Below, in pieces: positions 1 to 9,471 of a stretch of DNA of 64,000 bases. Source of the DNA: Myxococcales bacterium (lineage in GTDB: Bacteria > Myxococcota_A > Polyangia > Polyangiales > JADJMO01); contig JAEUKC010000022.1 of assembly GCA_016794445.1 (NCBI GenBank), positions 1,133 through 65,132 on the forward strand, read 5' to 3'. The position numbers were made by a program, and so were the translations under genes. A model generated the notes under the pieces. That model saw only the letters and a program-made list of their open reading frames with translations, searched no databases and was not told the DNA's origin. Numbering within the stretch: position 1 is the stretch's first letter; every line of letters begins with the position of its first letter.

Positions 1-1177
1 ACGCGGTGCGCAGACGCGCCGTGCGCTCGGCGCGCGCGCGCTCGAAGCTCTGCAGGTAGCTCGCGGCCACCGCCGGCCACACCATCCGGCGGCCCTCGGC
101 GAACGCCCGATCGCAGAGCGCCTGGCGTCGATCGTCGTGGTCGAGCAGCGCGTTGATCTCGCGGGCGATCGCCGGGCCGTCCTTGACCGGCACGAGGATG
201 CCGCGGCCGTCGGCGAGGAGTTCCCGCGCGTAGATGTACGGCGTGGAGATGACGGCCTTGCCGGACCCGACCGCGTAGGCCAGCGTGCCCGACGTGATCT
301 GCTCCTGCTTGAGGTAGGGCGTGATGTAGATGTCCGCGGCCGAGAGGAACTCGGCGAGCTCGGCCTGGCTCACGAACCGGTCGTGGAAGATCATGCTGGC
401 GTCGACCCCGAGGCGGCGCGCGCGGGTCTCCAGCGAGAGCCGGTAGGTCTCGCCGTGGCGCTCCTTGACGTGCGGGTGGGTCGCGCCGAGCACGATGTAG
501 ATCGCGTCGGGGTGCCGCGCGAGGATCGCGGGCATCGCGTCGATCACGTGCTCGATGCCCTTGTCGGGCGAGAGCAGGCCGAACGTGAGAATGACGGATT
601 TGCCCTCCACGCCGAGCTTGTCCTTGCTGGTCGGGTCGCGAGGGATGGTGGGGATCCCGTGCGGGATCACGTCGATCTTCTCGGGCGAGACGCCGTGCAC
701 CTCATGCAGCAGCGCGGCGCCGTGCTGGCTCATGACGACCACGCGGTCGGAGATCGCGACGAGCTCGTTCATGGCGAGCCGTTGCCAGGGATCGGGCGTG
801 CCGAGGATGGTGTGCAGCGTGGTGACGATCGGCATGCGCAGCTCGCGCAGGAGCGAGAGGACGTGGCTGCCGGCCTTGCCACCGAAGATGCCGTATTCGT
901 GCTGCACGCAGACGATGTCGACGGTGTTGACGTTGAGGAAGTCGGCCGCCCGGCGGTACGACGCCGGGTCGTTCTCGGCGATCTCGAAGCGGACCCGCGG
1001 CGGGTAGGCGTGGCGGTGCCCGACGTCGTTCATCGCGAGCACGAAGCAGTCGAGGGCCGGGTCGACCGCGGCCAGCGCGTCGCTCAGATCGGTCGTGAAA
1101 GTGGCGATGCCGCACTGCCGCGGCAGGTGGTTGCCCAGCATGGCGACCCGGCGGATCCCGTTCGTGGTGGCTTCCAT
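1..1177 (-). CDS. GT4-family (group 1) glycosyltransferase, 3' end cut by the window edge
   Basis: Absent from the ORF track because it runs off the left edge. Reverse translation from ATG (complement of 1175-1177) reads MEATTNGIRRVAMLGNHLPRQCGIATFTTDLSDALAAVDP...GKAVISTPYIYARELLADGRGILVP...AERTARLRTA. The frame is open to position 2, with a protein-like, high-GC3 frame. Confidence 0.75.
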   Translation of the reverse strand, partial: MEATTNGIRRVAMLGNHLPRQCGIATFTTDLSDALAAVDPALDCFVLAMNDVGHRHAYPPRVRFEIAENDPASYRRAADFLNVNTVDIVCVQHEYGIFGGKAGSHVLSLLRELRMPIVTTLHTILGTPDPWQRLAMNELVAISDRVVVMSQHGAALLHEVHGVSPEKIDVIPHGIPTIPRDPTSKDKLGVEGKSVILTFGLLSPDKGIEHVIDAMPAILARHPDAIYIVLGATHPHVKERHGETYRLSLETRARRLGVDASMIFHDRFVSQAELAEFLSAADIYITPYLKQEQITSGTLAYAVGSGKAVISTPYIYARELLADGRGILVPVKDGPAIAREINALLDHDDRRQALCDRAFAEGRRMVWPAVAASYLQSFERARAERTARLRTA

Positions 1178-1539
1178 GGCTCCCCTCCAGCGTCGGAAGG
1201 CGAGGCCCGTGGGCCGCGGCTCCAACCATCGGACAGAGCGCGCAAGCGAGCGGCAACAGATCGTGTTCGAACGTCACGCCCGACGTCCGAACCGACCGAC
1301 AGTGTGGGTCTTCTCTCCCGGATACGCAATGCGCATTCCGCAGATTCACTGCGGAGCAGTGCAAGGGCGATAACGCAGAAACGCGGCTGATCGAGCGATG
1401 TTCACCGAATCGAGCCGCGAGAGACAGGACGGTCAACCACATCAGAATGATGGGGCGATTTCGATTCTGCCATCCAGCGCTGCCGCCCATGGAGCCCGTG
1501 CCCGACGCGACGCCGGTCGAGAACGGATACACTGGCGCC

Positions 1540-1971
1540 ATGCGCAGGCTCGTGCTCGTCGTGGCGGCGCTCCTGCCGGCGTGCGAGTTCCGCATCGCGG
1601 ACGGGCCCGCCGCCGAGGCCGGGCGCGACACGGCGCGCGGCGTCGACCCACCGGCGCACGACGCCACCTTCGACGCGAGCCCCGTGCCCTGCCTCGAGCG
1701 ACCGCTCCTCACGTGCCCGGTCGATCCGGGCGACACGAGACAGGCGACCCTCGACCGACAGTTCGAGAGCGAGGTCATGGGCTGTTTCGACGCCGGGTAT
1801 GCCTGCGGCGACGTGACCGCGCGCTTCGAGGGCGGCTGCATGGTCGCGCTCGACGGCACCCGGGACCGCCACCCCGCGTTCTTCGGCTGCCTCGGGGACC
1901 GCCTCGCGACGGAGAGGTGGTCGTGCGGGGAGGGCACCACGACGGTTCACCTCGGCGACTGCCTGGATTAG
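1540..1971 (+). CDS. small hypothetical lipoprotein
   Basis: Internal ATG of track ORF 1447..1971. N-terminus MRRLVLVVAALLPAC is a signal peptide plus lipobox. The mature part is Cys-rich. Confidence 0.5.
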   Translation: MRRLVLVVAALLPACEFRIADGPAAEAGRDTARGVDPPAHDATFDASPVPCLERPLLTCPVDPGDTRQATLDRQFESEVMGCFDAGYACGDVTARFEGGCMVALDGTRDRHPAFFGCLGDRLATERWSCGEGTTTVHLGDCLD

Positions 1972-2028
1972 TCCCTCGACCGGCAGCGGTGGCAAAAGGT
2001 CCGGTCTCGATGGTACCGTCAGACCTGC

Positions 2029-3189
2029 ATGTCGACGCGCGCAGTGCTGTGGGTCTCGTTGTGCGTGGGGTGCAGCTCTTCGACTTCGCCCGCCGAGCCG
2101 ACCGATGTGGGCGTCGAAGCCGAGGCCGAGGTCCCCAAGATCAAGGCGCCCACGGGAGACCCGCTCACCTGGGCGGTCGACAAGGCGGGGCCGTACAACG
2201 TCGGTCACCGCTCGTTCGACGTCACGTATCGCCCCCCGGGCCAGACGGCCGATCGCACGATCCCCGTCGACGTGTTCTACCCGACGCTCGACGCCGAAGG
2301 AGAGCACCCGAAGTACCTCAAGCTGTTCGGCGACCCCGACGTGTACGAGGAGGCGAGCGTCGCCCCACCCCCCACGAGCGCGGGGTATCCGGTGCACGTC
2401 TACTCGCACGGCTCGAACGGCTTCGGCGGCACGAGCGCGGACATGGCGCACTGGTTCGGCTCGCACGGCTGGGTCTACGTGGCGCCGAACCACGTCGGCA
2501 ACGTGCTCGGCGCCGGCGAGGGCAAGCGCCCCGTCTCGCTCTACTACCTGCGGTCGACCGACGTCACCGCCGCCCTCGACGCGGTCGAGAAGCTCGCGGC
2601 GCCCGACCCGCTCGCTGGCAAGCTGCGCACCAAGCGCGTGCTCATGAGCGGGCACAGCTACGGCACGTTCACCACGTGGGCGTCCGCGGGCGCGCAGTTC
2701 GACGTCAAGGCCATCCAGGCCAAGTGCGACAAAGGCGAGTTCACCGCCCCGTGCAAGCCGGAGGAGCTCGCGGTGTTCGCCAAGGGCGTCGCCGATCCGC
2801 GCATCGTCGCGGGCATCCCGATGGCCGGTGGCGCGAGCGACTGGTTCGTCGCCGGCGCCTACGATCAGCCCGCGAAACCGATGCTGCTGATGTCGGGCAG
2901 CCTCGACGTGAGCGGCAGCGAGATCTTCGGGAAGGTGACGACCCTCGACCTCACGTGGATCGACTTCGAGGGCGGCTGTCACCAGCTGTTCGCGCTCGGC
3001 GGGTGTTCGGGCTTCGACGAGAAGAGCGGGTGGGCGCTCACCAACACCTGGGCGTTCGCCTTCGGCCGGCGCCACGTGCTCGGCGACGCGAGCGCGCGCA
3101 CCACCGCGATCGTCACCGGCACCGAGTCGCTCGATCCGCGCATCAAGTTCCAGCACAAGGGGCCGACCACCGCGCCCTCGGGATCGTGA
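2029..3189 (+). CDS. secreted alpha/beta-hydrolase lipoprotein (PAF-acetylhydrolase/dienelactone-hydrolase-like)
   Basis: Lipobox LCVGCSSS. Nucleophile elbow GHSYG, preceded by YSHGSNGFGG. Confidence 0.8.
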   Translation: MSTRAVLWVSLCVGCSSSTSPAEPTDVGVEAEAEVPKIKAPTGDPLTWAVDKAGPYNVGHRSFDVTYRPPGQTADRTIPVDVFYPTLDAEGEHPKYLKLFGDPDVYEEASVAPPPTSAGYPVHVYSHGSNGFGGTSADMAHWFGSHGWVYVAPNHVGNVLGAGEGKRPVSLYYLRSTDVTAALDAVEKLAAPDPLAGKLRTKRVLMSGHSYGTFTTWASAGAQFDVKAIQAKCDKGEFTAPCKPEELAVFAKGVADPRIVAGIPMAGGASDWFVAGAYDQPAKPMLLMSGSLDVSGSEIFGKVTTLDLTWIDFEGGCHQLFALGGCSGFDEKSGWALTNTWAFAFGRRHVLGDASARTTAIVTGTESLDPRIKFQHKGPTTAPSGS

Positions 3190-3191
3190 CC

Positions 3192-4841
3192 ATGCGCCGC
3201 TTGCTCCCGTTCGTCGCGCTCCTCGTGGGCTGTCACGGCAAGGTCGGTGGCTCCGACAACCCGCCGCCACCCGTCCTGCCCGCGGGGGTCGGCGAGCCCA
3301 CGCCGATCGCGGCCCAGCGCCTCACCGCGACCCAGTACCGCGCGGCGATCCGCGATCTCTTCGGCCCCAGCATCGTGGTGTCGGCGCTCGAGCCCGACGT
3401 CGTCACGCCGGAGGACAACGGCTTCGAGACCACCGCCGCCGGCCGCAGCGCGATCAGCAAGCGGGGCGTCGAGCAGTACGAGACGGCCGCGTACTCGATC
3501 GCCAACCAGATCGTCGCCGACCCGAAGCTGCTCGCGATCGCCCTCCCCTGCAAGCCCGCCACCGTCGACGACCCGACGTGCGCCAGGACGTTCGCTTCGG
3601 AGACGGGGCGCCGGGTGTTCCGTCGGCGCCTCTCGACCGCCGAGGTCGACCGCGTGGTGGCCATCGTCACCACCGCGGCGGCCAAGCTCGGCTCGTTCGA
3701 GAAGGGCCTGGTCTACGGGATCGCGTCGCTCCTGCAGTCGCCGAGCTTCCTCTACCGGCCGGTCGTCGGCGAGCCCGACCCGAAGGACTCGAGCAAGCGG
3801 CGCTTCACCGCGGTCGAGCTCGCGAGTCGGCTCTCGTTCTTCCTCTGGAACACCATCCCCGACGAGCCGCTGCTCGCCGCGGCCGAGAGCGGCGCGCTCG
3901 TCACCGAGGCCGGGCTCGGCGCCGAGGTGACCCGCATGCTCGCCTCGCCCAAGGCGCGCGACGGCCTCCGCGCGTTCGTCCGCGAGTGGCTGCGGCTCGG
4001 TGAGCTCGACGCGCTCGAGAAGGACTCGAAGCTCTTCACCACCTACACCTCGGAGCTCGGCGCGATGGCGCGCGAGGAGACCCTGAAGGTGTTCGAGGAT
4101 CTGGTGTTCGACCGCGACGAAGACGTGCGCACGGTGTTCACCACGCGACGCACGTTCGTGAACGCGAAGCTCGCGTCGATGTACCAGGTGCCGGCGCCTT
4201 CACCGACGGGCTTCGCGCCGATCGAGCTGCCCGCCGACGGCGCGCGGCGCGGCCTGCTCGGGCACCTGTCGATCCTGGCGCTCTACGCGCACCCCACGAG
4301 CTCCTCGGCCACGCTGCGCGGCAAGTTCGTGCGCGAGAAGCTCCTGTGTCAACCGATCCCGCCGCCGCCGGCCGGCCTCAACACCGCCATCCCGGAGCCG
4401 GACGCGGTGTCGCGCACCCTGCGCCAGCGCGTGAAGGTCCACCTGACCGACGCCTACTGCAACGGCTGCCACTCGCAGATGGACCCGATCGGTCTCGGGC
4501 TCGAGTCGTTCGACGGCATCGGGCGGTTCCGCACCAAGGAGAACGGCGGCGTCATCGATCCGAGCGGCAACCTCGACGGCGCCTATTTCTCCGGGCCCGC
4601 CGACCTGGGGGTGGTGATCGCCGAACACCCGAACCTGCCAGCGTGTTTCGCGCGCAAGCTCTACCAGTACGGGACCGGGCAGCTGCTCGGCGACAAGCAG
4701 TCGCTGACCATCGGCGCGCTCGTCGCTCCGTTCAGCAAGAGCGGGTACCGCCTCAAGACCCTGATCGCGGCGGTGGCGCTGAGCCCCGAGTTCCGACAAG
4801 CCGGCACGCCGAAGGAACTGCCGCCGAAGGAGGCCAAGTGA
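3192..4841 (+). CDS. DUF1592/DUF1588/DUF1595-family protein (planctomycete-type, CxxCH motif)
   Basis: In-frame ATG inside the 1147-aa track ORF. Starts MRRLLPFVALLVGCHG (lipobox). Contains the hallmark LTDAYCNGCHSQMDPIGLGLESFDGIGRFR. The part of the track ORF upstream of 3192 is Arg-rich nonsense overlapping real genes. Confidence 0.85.
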   Translation: MRRLLPFVALLVGCHGKVGGSDNPPPPVLPAGVGEPTPIAAQRLTATQYRAAIRDLFGPSIVVSALEPDVVTPEDNGFETTAAGRSAISKRGVEQYETAAYSIANQIVADPKLLAIALPCKPATVDDPTCARTFASETGRRVFRRRLSTAEVDRVVAIVTTAAAKLGSFEKGLVYGIASLLQSPSFLYRPVVGEPDPKDSSKRRFTAVELASRLSFFLWNTIPDEPLLAAAESGALVTEAGLGAEVTRMLASPKARDGLRAFVREWLRLGELDALEKDSKLFTTYTSELGAMAREETLKVFEDLVFDRDEDVRTVFTTRRTFVNAKLASMYQVPAPSPTGFAPIELPADGARRGLLGHLSILALYAHPTSSSATLRGKFVREKLLCQPIPPPPAGLNTAIPEPDAVSRTLRQRVKVHLTDAYCNGCHSQMDPIGLGLESFDGIGRFRTKENGGVIDPSGNLDGAYFSGPADLGVVIAEHPNLPACFARKLYQYGTGQLLGDKQSLTIGALVAPFSKSGYRLKTLIAAVALSPEFRQAGTPKELPPKEAK

Positions 4842-6169
4842 AACACCGCTGGACCCGTCGCAGCGTGCTCCGCGGCCTGCTCGGCGGCGGCCTCGTGAGC
4901 ATCGGCCTGCCGTTCCTCGAGTCCATCGCGCGGCCCCGGCGCGCGATGGCGGCGCCCGACCTGTTCCCCAAGCGCTTCGGCCTGTTCTTCTGGGGCAACG
5001 GCGTGCTGCCGGAGCTGTGGCGTCCGAAGAAGACGGGCGACACCTTCGACGCCTGGGATCTCTCCGAGACGCTCGCGCCCCTCGCGCCGCACAAGAAGAA
5101 GGTCTCGGTGGTGAGCGGGCTCAAGGTGCCGATCCCCAACGCGGTGCCGCACCTCTCCGGGCCGATCGGGTTCTTCTCGGGGAGCAAGCCCCTGCCGAGC
5201 GACGCGAGCGCCTTCGCGGCAGCCACCCTCGACCAGCAGATCGCCGAGAAGATCGGTGGGGAGTCGCGGTTCCGCTCGCTCGAGGTCGGCGTGCAGCCCG
5301 GGATCACGGGGCTCTCGTACTCCGGCCCTGGCGCCCTCAACCCCGCGGAGACCTCTCCCGCGGCGCTGTTCCAGCGGGTGTTCGGCCCCGAGTTCGTCCC
5401 ACCGGGCAGCACGCCCAAGGAGAACCCCACCCTCGCGCTGCGCAAGAGCGTCCTCGACGCGGTGACGAGCGAGACCGCGTCGCTGCAGACCGTGCTCGGC
5501 GCGTCGGACCGCGCGCGCCTCGACGAACACCTCACCGGGATCCGGGCGCTCGAGCTGCGGATCAAGAAGCTGCAGGAGACCCCGCCCGCCATCCTCGGGT
5601 GCAAGCCTCCGGCGCCGCCGAAGGCCGACTACCCGAGCGTGGGCGGCCGCCCGCCCATGTCCGAGATCTCGCGCGTGATGGCCGACCTCACGGCGATGGC
5701 CGTGGCGTGCGACCAGACCCGCGTGTTCAGCTTCTGGTTCTCGCAGCCGGTCAACAACACGCTGTTCCCCGGCGCCGCCTCGGGCCACCACCAGCTGACC
5801 CACGACGAGCCGAGCCCTCAGCCGCAGGTCGCCGCGATCCTCCTGCAGATCATGGCCGAGTTCTCCTATCTGATCGGCGCGCTCGACGCGATCCCCGAGG
5901 GGGAGGGCACGGTCCTCGACCACTGCGCGCTGCTCGGCACCACGGACTGCAACCTCGGTCGACAGCACACGCTCGACCAGTATCCGATCGTGATCGCCGG
6001 CTCGGGCAACGGCACGCTCCGGACCGGCGTCCACTACGACGGGCAAGCCAAGAGCCAGAGCACCTCCTACGCGGCCCTCACCCTGGCCCGCGCGATGGGC
6101 CTCGACGATCTCCCGAGCTGGGGCGACGACAAGGTGAACACCGAGATCTCCACCCTGAGGCTCGCCTGA
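4838..6169 (+). CDS. DUF1552-family protein with Tat-type signal (usual partner of DUF1592)
   Basis: GTG start in a GTGA overlap with the upstream stop. N-terminus VKHRWTRRSVLRGLLGGGLVSIGLPF has a twin-arginine. The pairing with DUF1592 is the known conserved two-gene module. Confidence 0.85.
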   Translation: MKHRWTRRSVLRGLLGGGLVSIGLPFLESIARPRRAMAAPDLFPKRFGLFFWGNGVLPELWRPKKTGDTFDAWDLSETLAPLAPHKKKVSVVSGLKVPIPNAVPHLSGPIGFFSGSKPLPSDASAFAAATLDQQIAEKIGGESRFRSLEVGVQPGITGLSYSGPGALNPAETSPAALFQRVFGPEFVPPGSTPKENPTLALRKSVLDAVTSETASLQTVLGASDRARLDEHLTGIRALELRIKKLQETPPAILGCKPPAPPKADYPSVGGRPPMSEISRVMADLTAMAVACDQTRVFSFWFSQPVNNTLFPGAASGHHQLTHDEPSPQPQVAAILLQIMAEFSYLIGALDAIPEGEGTVLDHCALLGTTDCNLGRQHTLDQYPIVIAGSGNGTLRTGVHYDGQAKSQSTSYAALTLARAMGLDDLPSWGDDKVNTEISTLRLA

Positions 6170-6170
6170 G

Positions 6171-7025
6171 GTGCGCCGCCTCTTCGCTCTGCTTCTCGGC
6201 CTCGGGGTCGCCGCGTCGTTCGGGTGCGCCGCGACCGTGGAGCCCACCTGCGAGCCCGGCCCGTCGCAGGCCTACGTGATCACGGCGCTCGGCTTCACCC
6301 GCGAGAACCCGAAGGGCGTGGCCGCGGGCTTCGACCTCGACCACCGCGTCACCCTCAAGCCCGAGTCGCTCGGCTGCGGCAAGACCGACCTCGTGTCGCC
6401 CACCGGCGAGCAGGGCATCGACAACCAGCTCGCGCTCCTGGTGCCCGACATCGAGAAGCGGGTCGGCAACGCGATCGACGGCATCATCCAGGGGGCGATC
6501 AACGACGGCCGCCTGCTCATCGTGTTCGATCTCAAGAACGTGCAGAGCCAGGACCAGGACCAGTGCGTCGACCTCGACGTGAAGCTCGCCGAGGGCAAGC
6601 CCACGCTCGGGACCGACGGCGTGGTCGAGGCGTTCCAGACCTTCGATCCTCGCAAGCAGGGCCAGCAGATCAGCAAGGCCACGGGCGGGCGGATCGACAA
6701 GCGCGTGTTCACCATCGGCCCGTTCCCGCTGCGCATCCCCATCGCCATCTTCGACGTGAGCTTCATGGTCTACATCCGCGACGCGATCATCAGGTTCACC
6801 ATCGACGAGGAGGGCAACCTCGACGGCCTGCTCGGCGGCGGCGTCTCGCTGGACGAGATCGCCGAGGGCGTGAAGGACGGCGCGGGCCTCGCCGACCTGA
6901 TCCCGCAGATCAAGTTCATCGGGAAGGCCGCCGCCGATCTCGGCTACGACGAGAACGAGGGCACTTGCTCGCTGGTCTCCGCCGCCCTCGCCTTCAAGGC
7001 TCGCCCCGCCTTCCTCCGCCCATGA
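6171..7025 (+). CDS. hypothetical lipoprotein
   Basis: Signal peptide plus lipobox MRRLFALLLGLGVAASFGC. Starts 2 nt after the DUF1552 stop. High-GC3 frame. Confidence 0.65.
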   Translation: MRRLFALLLGLGVAASFGCAATVEPTCEPGPSQAYVITALGFTRENPKGVAAGFDLDHRVTLKPESLGCGKTDLVSPTGEQGIDNQLALLVPDIEKRVGNAIDGIIQGAINDGRLLIVFDLKNVQSQDQDQCVDLDVKLAEGKPTLGTDGVVEAFQTFDPRKQGQQISKATGGRIDKRVFTIGPFPLRIPIAIFDVSFMVYIRDAIIRFTIDEEGNLDGLLGGGVSLDEIAEGVKDGAGLADLIPQIKFIGKAAADLGYDENEGTCSLVSAALAFKARPAFLRP

Positions 7026-7780
7026 GCATGGCACGAATGGCAGCAGTGGCAGGAATGGCAGCAAGCCTCCTGCTCGGGGGGGTCGCGCGCGCCGAGCCGG
7101 CCAACGTGATCGTCGAGCTCGGGCCGCTGCTCGGCGCCCGGCGCTTCAGCTTCACGGACCCGAGCGCCGCGACCCTGCGCGACTACGAGGCCACGGGCGC
7201 GTTCGGGGTCGCGCTGCGCGCCGAGGCCTACCCGCTCGCGCTCGCGCCGAACCTCCGCCTCGGCGTCGGGTTCGGCTACCACACGACCACCGGGCTCTAC
7301 TCGGACACCGACCGCGGCCGCAGCATCCCGTCGATCTGGACCCACCTCGAAGCCGCCGCCGCGCTCCGGCTGGCGCTCGGGGACACCACCGTGGCCCTCG
7401 GCCTCGGCGTCCAGCGCGAGCACTTCGACTTCGCCGACGGCGACACCACGCTGCCAGCCGCCCGCTACTTCGGGTTGCGTGTTGGGCTGGCGCTCCGGGT
7501 GCCGCTCGGCCCCCTCGCGCTCGTCGCTTCCGGCGCCGCGTTGCCCGTCACCCGCCTCGGCGGCGTCAGCGAGCGCTGGGCGAAGGCGCGTGCGTTCGGC
7601 TTCGAGGGCACGTTCGGGGTCGCGGTCCCCCTGACCCCCACGCTCGAGGCACGCGCGCTCGTCGGGCACACGCGATACGGCTCCCGTTACGAAGGCCCCT
7701 CCTCGGCCGTGGGCGGCGACGCCAGCGGCGCGACCGACGCGCTCTCGCGCTTGCAGGTGACCCTTGTCTTCTCGTACTGA
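7022..7780 (+). CDS. putative outer-membrane beta-barrel protein
   Basis: ATGA overlap with the upstream gene. Signal peptide ...LLLGGVARAEP. Alternating beta-strand-like pattern. C-terminal LQVTLVFSY (aromatic terminus). Confidence 0.6.
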   Translation: MSMARMAAVAGMAASLLLGGVARAEPANVIVELGPLLGARRFSFTDPSAATLRDYEATGAFGVALRAEAYPLALAPNLRLGVGFGYHTTTGLYSDTDRGRSIPSIWTHLEAAAALRLALGDTTVALGLGVQREHFDFADGDTTLPAARYFGLRVGLALRVPLGPLALVASGAALPVTRLGGVSERWAKARAFGFEGTFGVAVPLTPTLEARALVGHTRYGSRYEGPSSAVGGDASGATDALSRLQVTLVFSY

Positions 7781-8960
7781 GCTGCGTGTGGTGGTCGCTG
7801 CGCTCGTCGTGGCGGCGTGCATCTTGCTGTTCCCAGGGCGCGCGGCCGCGTACCCGTGGATGCTGCGGCACGGCTCCACCCAGTGCGGCAACTGTCACGC
7901 CGACCCCTCGGGCTCGGGCCTGCTCACCCCGTTCGGTCGCACGCGCGGCGAGCAGGTCCTGCGCACCCACTACGGCGCTCCGGCGCGGCCCGCGCTCGGC
8001 AAGCTGCTCTTCGGGCTCGACGCGCCCGAGGGCCTCTTGCTCGGGGGGAGCTTCCGCAACGGCCTCCTCGTGCAGCACATCGCCAACGCCCCCCAGCAAC
8101 CGGACCCGCGGTTCCTGCAGATGCAGGCCGACCTGCGCGCGCAGCTCACCGTCGGCCGCCTGCGCCTGTCCGGGAGCCTCGGCTTCCTCCACGAGGGAGG
8201 TCGCCCCACGCGGGTGACCAAGCGCGACCAGGACAACCTCGTGTCGCGCGAGCACTGGATCGGCGTCGACCTCGGCGAGGACCGCGCGTGGCTGATCCGC
8301 GCCGGCCGCATGAACCTGCCCTACGGTCTGCGCAACAACGAGCACACGCTGTGGATCCGCAGCGCGCTGCGCACCGACATCAACGAGGGCCAGCAGCACG
8401 GGGTGGCGATCGCCTACGCCGCGGGCCTCGATCGGGCCGAGGTCATGGCGGTCGTCGGCAACCTCCAGCTCTCCCCCGACGTGTATCGAGAGCAGGGCGT
8501 CGTGGGCTACTACGAGCGCGCCTTCGGCAAGCACGCCACGCTGGGCGTCAGCGGGCTCCTGCTCCACTCGGCCGTCGACGTGCAGGTCGGCAAGGAGTCG
8601 ACGCGCCAGGGCTACGGCGTGTTCGCGCGCCTCTCGCCGCGCAAGCAGCTCGTGTTCCTCGCCGAGCTCGACGCGCTCCTGCAGAAGGTCGACGGCGTCG
8701 ACCTCGGCAAGGGCTGGGTCTCCATGCTCTCGACCGACCTCGAGGCCGTCGAGGGCGTGCACCTCGTGCTCACCGGCGAGGCGCGCAAGTTGCCGCTCGG
8801 CAGCGGCACCGCGTTCGGGGAGTGGCTCTCGTGTGTCTGGTTCTTCGCGCCCCACGCCGACCTGCGGATCGACGGCGTGTTCCAGGTGTTCCCTGGTCAG
8901 GGCGGTGGTCCGACCGTCCGTGCCACCACGCTGCTCGGGCAGCTCCACCTGTACCTGTGA
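7764..8960 (+). CDS. secreted protein with N-terminal CxxCH motif and beta-barrel-like body
   Basis: Signal peptide VVVAALVVAACILLFPGRAAA, then YPWMLRHGSTQCGNCHADPSG. Ends ...LLGQLHLYL. Start ambiguous: TTG 7764 or GTG 7788/7791. Confidence 0.65.
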   Translation: MSSRTELRVVVAALVVAACILLFPGRAAAYPWMLRHGSTQCGNCHADPSGSGLLTPFGRTRGEQVLRTHYGAPARPALGKLLFGLDAPEGLLLGGSFRNGLLVQHIANAPQQPDPRFLQMQADLRAQLTVGRLRLSGSLGFLHEGGRPTRVTKRDQDNLVSREHWIGVDLGEDRAWLIRAGRMNLPYGLRNNEHTLWIRSALRTDINEGQQHGVAIAYAAGLDRAEVMAVVGNLQLSPDVYREQGVVGYYERAFGKHATLGVSGLLLHSAVDVQVGKESTRQGYGVFARLSPRKQLVFLAELDALLQKVDGVDLGKGWVSMLSTDLEAVEGVHLVLTGEARKLPLGSGTAFGEWLSCVWFFAPHADLRIDGVFQVFPGQGGGPTVRATTLLGQLHLYL

Positions 8961-8962
8961 CC

Positions 8963-9430
8963 ATGCGCGCGCTCCTCCTCCCCACGTTGCTCGCGACGAC
9001 GCTGGTCGCCGGCGGCGCCCACGCGACCCCGAACTTCCCGGGGGCGATCCAGCGGCAGCTCTCGGCCACCGCGCCGCCGGCGTGCCGCATCTGTCACGTC
9101 GACGGCATCACGGGGCTCGGCACGGTGAACACCCCGTTCGGCAAGAACATGCGCGAGCGGGGCCTCGAGGCCTACGACGAGCCCAGCCTCGTCACCGCCC
9201 TCGCCGCCCTCGAGCGCGATCGCATCGACAGCAGCAGGGGTCGCGGCACCACCGACATCGAGGCGCTGCGACGCGGCGGAGACCCCAACAGCACGTCGGC
9301 GGGCACCGCGCTCGGCGAGCCCGACTACGGGTGTGGGGCCACGTTCGCGCGACGCGCGACGGGCTCCTGGACGCTCGCCGCCCTCGCCCTCGCGGCGCTC
9401 GGTGTGTTGCGTCGAGTGCGCACGACGTAG
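8963..9430 (+). CDS. small CxxCH protein with MYXO-CTERM-like sorting tail
   Basis: Signal peptide MRALLLPTLLATTLVAGGAHA. CRICH motif. C-terminus PDYGCGATFARRATGSWTLAALALAALGVLRRVRTT has the GC motif, a TM helix and a basic tail. Confidence 0.7.
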   Translation: MRALLLPTLLATTLVAGGAHATPNFPGAIQRQLSATAPPACRICHVDGITGLGTVNTPFGKNMRERGLEAYDEPSLVTALAALERDRIDSSRGRGTTDIEALRRGGDPNSTSAGTALGEPDYGCGATFARRATGSWTLAALALAALGVLRRVRTT

Positions 9431-9471
9431 TCTCGGCGGCGCCACGCCACCTGCGCCCTTCGTGGACTCCA

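Noticed and set aside
137-1390. 417-aa plus-strand ORF
   Set aside because: It is antisense to the edge-truncated GT4 glycosyltransferase gene, which reads as a convincing protein on the minus strand.
1398-3191. N-terminal 598 codons of the 1147-aa plus-strand ORF
   Set aside because: This part is an Arg/Pro-rich nonsense translation overlapping two well-supported genes in other frames. The real DUF1592-family gene starts at the lipoprotein signal at 3192.
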